Source of the DNA: an uncultured Gammaproteobacteria bacterium
Lineage (GTDB): Bacteria > Patescibacteriota > Patescibacteriia > Magasanikbacterales > GWA2-37-8
Direction: 5' to 3'
Length of the DNA stretch: 64,000 nucleotides
NCBI GenBank assembly: GCA_964355175.1
Contig: CAYHBZ010000002.1
Coordinates: forward strand, 119,189 to 183,188
The notes under the pieces were generated by a model. That model did no database searches, was not told where the DNA came from, and saw nothing but the letters and a program-made list of their open reading frames with translations. Positions 57,301-64,000 of the stretch are shown here, one piece after another (position 1 is the first letter of the stretch; the number at the start of each line of letters is the position of its first letter). A program made the position numbers and the translations under genes.

Positions 57301-58515
57301 ATGCCGTATCTCAGTCGCATTCTCAACAGCACTGTCAGCGACAGTAGTGAAGCGGTAATTGGTAAACTGGAAGATTTTTTGGTAAAGCCAAAAGCCGGCG
57401 AATATTGTCCGATTGAATATTTAATTATAAAAAAGCGTCACTCCAAAAAAAGAGTGATTATTCCTTACGAAGCGGTGGAAAATTTCAGCAAAGAAGAAGT
57501 GTCTTTGCGTGTTTTATTTTCTAAAATAAATTTTTTGGAGAGTGCTCCACCTGGATATGTGCGCCTAAATCGTGATGTGATGGATCAGCAAATAGTGGAT
57601 CTTTCTGGCGCGCGCGTGGTGCGCGTAAACGATCTGCGTATTGGCGACTTTGAAGGTAAAATGAATATTTTGGCCATTGATATCAGTAATCGCGGCCTTC
57701 TGCGCCGTTTGGGACTTACCTGGCTTGATGTCTTTAATTTATTAAAAGTAAATTTGATTGATTGGCGTAAAGTCCAGCTGGTAAAGGGTGAATTGAAATT
57801 GGACAGTGCCTCCAAAGATCTCACCAAATTACATCCGGCCGATATTGCCAATATCGTTGAAGATCTGAGCTTGAATCAGGGTAGTAATTTGGTTTTGTCG
57901 CTTGATAAAAATACGGCCGCTCAAGTATTTGAAGAGATTGACCCGGAGATGCAGAAATTATTAATTTCACATCTTAGTCCCGAGCATGCCGCGCGTATCA
58001 GTGAGCGTATGTCGGTAGATGAGTTGGTGGATTTGATTCATTTTTTGCCGGAATACAAATCCAAACAACTCATGGATTATGTGGAAAACGATCGCATGAA
58101 ACATGTTCATAAACTTTTGAAATACGAAGATAATACTGCCGGTGGTCTGATGTCGCTGGATTACCTCAGCTGTTTGCCGGAAGAAACCGTGGGTCAGGCT
58201 ATAGAAAAAATTCGAAAACTTTCCGATAGATTTCGCGCCATTAATTATGTGTACATTTTAGATGAAAATGGTAAATACAAAGGTGTCGCCTCTTTGCGTC
58301 GTTTGCTTATCAATGATCACGCTACCCAGCTAGGCAAGATTATGAAAAAAAGTGCTAATTTGCCGGTATTACTTCCAAATCATTCGGTAAAGAGAGTATC
58401 TCATATGATGACCAAGTACGATCTGAATACAGTGGCGGTATTGGATAAAGATAATAATTTTTTGGGAGTAGTCACCGTGGATGATGTGATGCGTGTGTTA
58501 TTGCCAAACGCCTAA
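57301..58515 (+). CDS. MgtE-N domain plus tandem CBS protein (no transmembrane domain), N-terminal PRC-barrel-like region
   Basis: MgtE intracellular N-domain (ADIANIVEDLS..AAQVFEEIDPEMQ) followed by a CBS pair. Lacks the MgtE TM channel domain. Confidence 0.75.
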   Translation: MPYLSRILNSTVSDSSEAVIGKLEDFLVKPKAGEYCPIEYLIIKKRHSKKRVIIPYEAVENFSKEEVSLRVLFSKINFLESAPPGYVRLNRDVMDQQIVDLSGARVVRVNDLRIGDFEGKMNILAIDISNRGLLRRLGLTWLDVFNLLKVNLIDWRKVQLVKGELKLDSASKDLTKLHPADIANIVEDLSLNQGSNLVLSLDKNTAAQVFEEIDPEMQKLLISHLSPEHAARISERMSVDELVDLIHFLPEYKSKQLMDYVENDRMKHVHKLLKYEDNTAGGLMSLDYLSCLPEETVGQAIEKIRKLSDRFRAINYVYILDENGKYKGVASLRRLLINDHATQLGKIMKKSANLPVLLPNHSVKRVSHMMTKYDLNTVAVLDKDNNFLGVVTVDDVMRVLLPNA

Positions 58516-58518
58516 AAT

Positions 58519-59775
58519 ATGAGCATTGAAAAAAAACGAAAAACACTGTGGACCAGAATTTTGCTAATTAGCTCGGTAGTTGGTCCGGGGATTATTGCCG
58601 GTACGGCCGATAACGATGCGGGTGGAATTGCGACTTATTCGGTGGCAGGCGCACAGTTTGGCTATCATCTGATTTGGGTCTTATTTTTGGTCACTTTTGT
58701 TTTGGCTATCACCCAGGAAATGGGTGCTCGTTTGGGTATTGTATCGGGCAAAGGTTTGGGCGCTTTGATTCGTGAAAATTTTCCTTTCAAAGCGACATTT
58801 TTGATAATCCTTTTGAGTTTTATTGCCAATTGGGCAAATATTTTAGCCAATGTAGCCGGTATGTCGGCGGTGGCCACAATTTATGGTATTCCGGCTTGGG
58901 CTTTTGTATTCAGCTCAGCTGGCTTACTCAGCTGGCTGGTAATATCTGGAAATTTTAAAAATATTCAGCGAGTATTTCTCACTTCTTCGCTGATGTATTT
59001 GGCCTATGTTTTTGCCGGTTTTATGATTCATCCAGATTGGGTTGAGGCAACCAAGTCTATTGTGGTGCCGTCTATTATTCCAACTCCGGAATTTCTATTT
59101 ATGGCCATTGCTTTAATTGGTACTACTGTTACCATTTGGGGTCAGTTTTTTGTTCAATCTTATTTTGCTGAAAAGGGTGTGCGCACCGAAGATTTAACTT
59201 TGGCCAGATTGGATGTTGGCGCTGGTGCTATTTGGACAAATTTTGTGGCCTTTTTTATCATCGTGGCTACGGCCGGCACATTATATGTAAAAAATATTAG
59301 CATTACCGATGCCGCCGATGCCGCTTTGGCACTGGAGCCCTTTGCCGGAGCTATGGCCAAACATTTATTTGCCTGGGGTCTATACAATGCCGCCATGCTT
59401 GGCGCCGGTGTAGTGACTATTTCTACTGCTTATACGATCACCGAAGCGTTTGGTTGGGAAGGGAAAATAAATGCGGGATTTAAAGAATCAGCTTCATTTT
59501 ATAAGATATTTTTGGTGTGTATTTTTTCAGCCGCAGTCATAGTGCTTATACCAAATTTTCCAATCGTGACAGTGTTGGTCGCCTCGCAAGCGCTGAATAC
59601 TTTTGTCTTACCAATATTATTTTTCTTTCTATTGCGTCTGCTTAACCGCAAAGATATTATGGGTAAATATGTCAACGGAATAGCGGCGAATATTTTTGGC
59701 TGGGTTTCGATTGTCGCGCTTACACTTTTAAATTTGGCTTATTTCATTTATCTGATTGTTTCTAAATTTAAATAA
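58519..59775 (+). CDS. NRAMP-family divalent metal cation transporter (MntH-like)
   Basis: GPGIIAGTADNDAGGIATYS and ITQEMGARLG NRAMP signature regions. 11-12 TM helices. Confidence 0.88.
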   Translation: MSIEKKRKTLWTRILLISSVVGPGIIAGTADNDAGGIATYSVAGAQFGYHLIWVLFLVTFVLAITQEMGARLGIVSGKGLGALIRENFPFKATFLIILLSFIANWANILANVAGMSAVATIYGIPAWAFVFSSAGLLSWLVISGNFKNIQRVFLTSSLMYLAYVFAGFMIHPDWVEATKSIVVPSIIPTPEFLFMAIALIGTTVTIWGQFFVQSYFAEKGVRTEDLTLARLDVGAGAIWTNFVAFFIIVATAGTLYVKNISITDAADAALALEPFAGAMAKHLFAWGLYNAAMLGAGVVTISTAYTITEAFGWEGKINAGFKESASFYKIFLVCIFSAAVIVLIPNFPIVTVLVASQALNTFVLPILFFFLLRLLNRKDIMGKYVNGIAANIFGWVSIVALTLLNLAYFIYLIVSKFK

Positions 59776-60916
59776 TAATTTTTTCAATAGCGGCCAACCA
59801 ATTGGTAGCCGCTTTTCCCCAAGAGTAATTTTCGGCCACAGTGTGGCCTTTTTTAATATAATTATTTTTTAATTGAGAATCGGTCAATAAAATTTTTATC
59901 CCTTGAGTGAGCTCGGTTACTTTATTCGGATTTACCAGATAAGAGGCATTGCCAGCAATCTCCGGTAGAGATGAGCGGTTGGCGGCGATAGTGGGTGCGC
60001 CCATACGCATCGCTTCAATGAGTGGGAAGCCAAAACCCTCGTAGAAACTATCGAAAATAAATAAGGAAGACAAGGTGTAAAAAACCGGTTTGTCTTCGGC
60101 TGCAATATAGCCGATAAATTTTATCTGCGAGGCGAGCGGTGATTTGATGGCGGTTTCGTAAATTTCTTTATTTTTCCAACCAGGAGCGCCCACGATTATT
60201 AGAGAGTATTTGGCCGTAAGTTCGGCGGGTAATTTTTCATAAGCTTTTATCACGGTGATGATGTTTTTGCGAGGCTCAATAGAACCTAAAAACAAAATAA
60301 AATTTTCCGGCAGGCTGTAGCGGTGTAGTACACGAGTTTTGTCCGTAGCCAAAGTAGGATTGGTAAGAGAAAAATTATTATCCACGCCAGGATAAATGGT
60401 TTTTATTTTTTCTTTTGGTATTTGATAATAATTCACTAAATCACGCCTAGTATTTTTTGAAGGTACAATAACTAAACTAGCGTTTTGGCATTGTTTCTTT
60501 GGTCCAATTATTTTATGCCAGAAGTTTTGTTTGATAGTGTAAAATTCTGGGAAAAGTTCAAATGATAGGTCGTGAATCGTGAGCAGGTATGGGATGTGAT
60601 GGCTGAGATTAAAAAAATTTAAATTGGGCGCGTACCAACAATCAATTTTTACCGGAATAAATTGATCAATTTTGATGAGTTTAAACAACAGCGCCAGGTT
60701 AAAAAATTTATTTGGATAGTTGCCCTGTACATAGTGAACATTATTTTGTTGCCAGGGCAAATTTTTGAGATTATAGTTTTTTGCGGCATTATAAAATAGG
60801 TAATACCGGTTTTTGGTATCCAATTTAAAAATAGCGTTGAGGAGCTCAAAGGTATACTCGCCAACGCCAGTTTTGTTTTTTGTCATCAGTGGGCGGATGT
60901 CGATGCCAATGTTCAT
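59768..60916 (-). CDS. glycosyltransferase family 4
   Basis: EGFGFPLIEAM motif and GT-B fold length. Confidence 0.85.
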   Translation of the reverse strand: MNIGIDIRPLMTKNKTGVGEYTFELLNAIFKLDTKNRYYLFYNAAKNYNLKNLPWQQNNVHYVQGNYPNKFFNLALLFKLIKIDQFIPVKIDCWYAPNLNFFNLSHHIPYLLTIHDLSFELFPEFYTIKQNFWHKIIGPKKQCQNASLVIVPSKNTRRDLVNYYQIPKEKIKTIYPGVDNNFSLTNPTLATDKTRVLHRYSLPENFILFLGSIEPRKNIITVIKAYEKLPAELTAKYSLIIVGAPGWKNKEIYETAIKSPLASQIKFIGYIAAEDKPVFYTLSSLFIFDSFYEGFGFPLIEAMRMGAPTIAANRSSLPEIAGNASYLVNPNKVTELTQGIKILLTDSQLKNNYIKKGHTVAENYSWGKAATNWLAAIEKIII

Positions 60917-60934
60917 ATATGTTCAAGTATCACG

Positions 60935-61107
60935 CCGGATAAGATGTCTAATAATTTTTACCTGATAAAAGTTCGCATAATTGGCTATAAATTTTCGTTA
61001 TGGCCCTAAGGGTAGGGCCATTGCCCTTTCAGGGCACCACTCAAATTTATTGACGCCAATTAGGGGCTCACTTTTATGCGGAAAAAATTATTAGACATCT
61101 TATCCGG
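60935..61107. mobile_element. MITE-like element copy 2, inserted in the loop of a different host palindrome
   Basis: The host palindrome CCGGATAAGATGTCTAATAATTTTT (60935-60959) and its reverse complement (61083-61107) flank a core that is ~95% identical to copy 1. The internal hairpin is GCCCTTTCAGGGC here, against GTCCCGACTAAGTCGGGAC in copy 1. Confidence 0.55.
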
Positions 61108-62206
61108 CTCGGCTGGTTTGAAATTTAGAATATTGCTCGGTGACAAATTTCTCTATCTCGGTTTTGAAGCGGTCGGTGGAGAAATTTTGGGCGTGGGTGC
61201 GAATTTTTGTGCTATCAAAAGTAGTGTGGTCAAAATTGAGTAGGGTGTGTAGGAGTGATTCCCAAGTTTGTTCGGTAAAGAATACGCCGGTTTGGCTAGG
61301 GATTACTGTTTCGGTGGCGCCGCCTTGATTGAAAGCGATTATTGGACGACCAGCGGCCATAGCCTCGAGTGGTGTGATGCCGAAATCTTCTTTTTGAGGA
61401 TGAATAAAAGCAATGGCTTCGCTAAGTAATTTAATTTTTTCTTCTTCGGAGATTTTGCCGTAGAATTCAATATTGGCTTTGGCCATTCTTTTTAGGTGAG
61501 GGTATTCGGTACCGGTGCCAAAAATTTTTAGCGGCCAACCTAGACGGTTGAAGACTTTTATTATCAAGTCCATGCGTTTGTATGGTACCAAGCGTCCGCC
61601 GGCTACAAAATAATTTCCCAATTTAGGAGCGATTTGAAATCTAGCCGTGTCTACCGGAGGAAAAATTACTTCACTGGTGCGGCGATAATATTTTTCAATA
61701 CGGCGTTTGACGGTATTTGAGTTGGCGATAAAATGATCAACACGCTGGGTGCTAAGTTGATCCCACAAACGCAGACGATGGGTCAGTAGTGGTAAAATAA
61801 TTTTCACCAGTCGGTTGTTTTTTAAGTCTGAAAGATAGTTGTTACCATCGCCCCACAAAAAGCGTGGTGGAGTGTGGCAGTAGGCGATATGGAGAGTATC
61901 GGGTGAAGTAATAACTCCTTTGGCAAAACCCGAAGATGATGAGATTACCAGATCAAATTTTTGTAATTGGTGGCGTTCGGTGGCCAGGGGCATGAGCGGT
62001 AGATACCACTGAAAAATTTGATTTACAAATGGCAGGCGATTGAGAAAAGAAGTATGAATTTTTTCACTATCCAAGTAGTTAATTTTATTGGCATCGTGGA
62101 ATAAAACAAAAATTGGCGCATCCGGCCAAATTTCATGTAAGGCTTTGAGCACTTTTTCCGCCCCTCCATCCTGAGAAAGATAATCGTGAACTAGGGCCAC
62201 CTTCAT
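61100..62206 (-). CDS. glycosyltransferase family 4
   Basis: FGITPLEAMAAGRP motif. Confidence 0.85.
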   Translation of the reverse strand: MKVALVHDYLSQDGGAEKVLKALHEIWPDAPIFVLFHDANKINYLDSEKIHTSFLNRLPFVNQIFQWYLPLMPLATERHQLQKFDLVISSSSGFAKGVITSPDTLHIAYCHTPPRFLWGDGNNYLSDLKNNRLVKIILPLLTHRLRLWDQLSTQRVDHFIANSNTVKRRIEKYYRRTSEVIFPPVDTARFQIAPKLGNYFVAGGRLVPYKRMDLIIKVFNRLGWPLKIFGTGTEYPHLKRMAKANIEFYGKISEEEKIKLLSEAIAFIHPQKEDFGITPLEAMAAGRPIIAFNQGGATETVIPSQTGVFFTEQTWESLLHTLLNFDHTTFDSTKIRTHAQNFSTDRFKTEIEKFVTEQYSKFQTSRAG

Positions 62207-63624
62207 ATAATAGATCCGGTTTTGCGCAAGACGATAAATGGAGTTTTAATTAAAATTACCAAGTCGGTAAATAGATTCCAGTGTTCAATATAAAAAATAT
62301 CCAGGCGGGCTTCTTCATCAAAGCTCAGATTACTGCGTCCGGAAATCTGGGTGATACCGGTAATACCTGGTTTGATAGCAATTACGGTTTTATGCCATTT
62401 TTCGTATTTATTTACTTCGCGCACTTGGTGTGGGCGCGGGCCGACCAAACTCATTTCGCCCTTTAGAACATTGAAAAATTGAGGAAATTCATCGATGCTA
62501 AAACAACGAATAAAGCGACCAAATGGAGTAATGCGAGGATCATTTTTAATCTTATAAACCGGGCCTTTTTTTTCACTTTTTTCTTCGATTAATTTTTTTT
62601 CTAGTTTTAAAGCCGCTTCACCATTTTTGCCAAACTGTTCACCGGTGCAATATTTTTGGTACATCGAACGAAATTTGAGCGTAAGAAACTTTTCTCCTTC
62701 TTGTCCGACGCGTTCGTTTTTATAAATAATTGGAAAACCACTTTCTAGTGCAATTACTATGGAGGTGATCAAAAAAATAGGAGAAAAAATGATGATCAAA
62801 AATAAACTGCCCACTATATCAGTCGTGCGTTTGATAATGCGGCCCCAGCCGGTAAGGCGAGTGCGGCGTAATTCTATAATTGGTATGCCGGCAATAGTAG
62901 ATATGGCCATATTGGATGAAATAGTCGCAAATAAATCAGCCGAATATTTGAAAGTAATATGATTTTCATTGGCGAAATCAATAGCCTGTAGGGCTTCGTC
63001 TTCACGACTTTTTGGATTGGTGAAAATTATTTCATCAATCCCAGATTTTTTGAGGCTATTAAATTTTTCCAAATTGAAATTTGGAACTTGTCCAATAATT
63101 TTATATCCAAAGTGAGAAGAAGCGGTCAGAGTGTTTAAAATTTGTTCTTCCACTTCGCCGCTACCAATAATGACAGTGCGACGCAAGCCAAGCCCGAGGC
63201 GGTAGCAAAAAATTTTGAGCAATCGCAAGACAATGCGACCAGTGCAAACATAGATCATCGCCAATACCCAGCTGGCCAACACCAAAAAGCGAGAATCAAA
63301 TTTTTGGAAAGTAAAGAATACATAGATAGTGATAGCCGCAAACCCGGTGGCGCAAGCAAAAAATACGCGGTTGAGCTCGCTGGTTAGTTTGCGATTGGGA
63401 TTGGTGCTGTATAATCCGGAAATTGCGAAGATGACTATCCAGCCGCCGGCGACTATGAGTACCAGTGGCCAATATTTTTCCCATGGCAGATTAAAAATCA
63501 CCGGACGAATGGCCGTAGTGATTTTGGCAAAACGCAAACCATAGGCCGTAAAAGCGGCCAATAGGAGCATGAGATAATCTAGCGGTAACTGTAAAAAAGT
63601 AAATGTTAGTTCAAAGCGTTTCAT
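62203..63624 (-). CDS. undecaprenyl-phosphate sugar phosphotransferase (WbaP/exopolysaccharide priming transferase)
   Basis: Four to five N-terminal TM helices and the C-terminal bacterial sugar transferase domain (PRPHQ.., KPGITGITQISGRS). Confidence 0.9.
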   Translation of the reverse strand: MKRFELTFTFLQLPLDYLMLLLAAFTAYGLRFAKITTAIRPVIFNLPWEKYWPLVLIVAGGWIVIFAISGLYSTNPNRKLTSELNRVFFACATGFAAITIYVFFTFQKFDSRFLVLASWVLAMIYVCTGRIVLRLLKIFCYRLGLGLRRTVIIGSGEVEEQILNTLTASSHFGYKIIGQVPNFNLEKFNSLKKSGIDEIIFTNPKSREDEALQAIDFANENHITFKYSADLFATISSNMAISTIAGIPIIELRRTRLTGWGRIIKRTTDIVGSLFLIIIFSPIFLITSIVIALESGFPIIYKNERVGQEGEKFLTLKFRSMYQKYCTGEQFGKNGEAALKLEKKLIEEKSEKKGPVYKIKNDPRITPFGRFIRCFSIDEFPQFFNVLKGEMSLVGPRPHQVREVNKYEKWHKTVIAIKPGITGITQISGRSNLSFDEEARLDIFYIEHWNLFTDLVILIKTPFIVLRKTGSII

Positions 63625-63715
63625 ACTCTATATTTTAAGCTAAAAATGATTTTGCGTCAATTGGTCATAAAATTGACTTTTGCCCACAATTTAGATAAAA
63701 TTAAGCCATAAAAAT

Positions 63716-64000
63716 ATGCAATTGATTATTCCCGCCAGTCAAGTCAACGATCCGGAACATTTTATCCGCCGATGTGGATATGGACAGCACCGCACGCGTA
63801 CCGGTGAGACTAGCTATGTGAAGCGCGTCCATCGCGACTGGTACCCTCGTTTTCATGTGTATGTGAAAAAACAAGGTGAAAATTTTGTTTTTAACTTGCA
63901 TTTGGACCAGCGCGCTCCGGTATATGAAGGGCAGACCGCTCATGCGGGGGAATATGACGGTACAGTAGTAGAAAAAGAAGGAGAAAGAATTAAAAGTTTT
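63716..64000 (+). CDS. hypothetical protein, 5' partial at window edge
   Basis: ATG at 63716 with an open frame to the window end (95+ codons), so it is absent from the ORF track. The overlapping minus-strand 80-aa ORF is probably spurious. Confidence 0.35.
   Translation, partial: MQLIIPASQVNDPEHFIRRCGYGQHRTRTGETSYVKRVHRDWYPRFHVYVKKQGENFVFNLHLDQRAPVYEGQTAHAGEYDGTVVEKEGERIKSF

Noticed and set aside
1-64000. CRISPR arrays, rRNA genes, intact IS/transposase, integrase
   Set aside because: No regularly spaced direct repeats, no rRNA-like conserved blocks, and no DDE/serine/tyrosine recombinase ORF detected by eye. Only non-autonomous repeat elements are present.

Overview
This is a 64 kb window from a low-GC (~38-40%) bacterial genome. 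Gene content and architecture suggest a Patescibacteria/CPR-like organism: many small secreted hypothetical proteins, a T4P ATPase, a GT4 glycosyltransferase cluster and reduced operon context. The backbone carries housekeeping genes: ruvB, class II B12-dependent ribonucleotide reductase nrdJ with an adjacent PduO-type cobalamin adenosyltransferase, tRNA-Leu, rpoB-rpoC, yebC-ruvC, rluA, rnc-nusB-rpmF with tRNA-Arg and tRNA-Lys, gyrA, rpsA, ftsH, pilB, thrS with a T-box-like leader, and miaA. It also carries an MgtE-N/CBS protein next to an NRAMP transporter, and a WbaP-type sugar transferase with three GT4 genes. Several unusual features sit on this backbone. (1) At least four sharply bounded high-GC (~55-60%) single-gene islands lie in intergenic gaps between housekeeping genes, each with its own leader and terminator. 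Their ORFs are unrecognisable, except one myxobacterial-type Cys-rich lipoprotein. Two share a near-identical GGGGGTGGT ribosome-binding context and two share homologous terminator hairpins. (2) Two copies of a ~130 bp non-coding element with imperfect terminal inverted repeats are present. Each is inserted exactly in the loop of a different host terminator palindrome. (3) A promoter-proximal G8 homopolymer splits a repeat-protein gene into two frames. (4) A dispersed GTCATCC..GGATC intergenic repeat family is present. (5) A 34-aa Lys/Ala-rich basic mini-protein gene lies next to a ~180 bp complex palindrome carrying three phased GCTTCGC motifs. No CRISPR array, rRNA or recognisable intact transposase was found.
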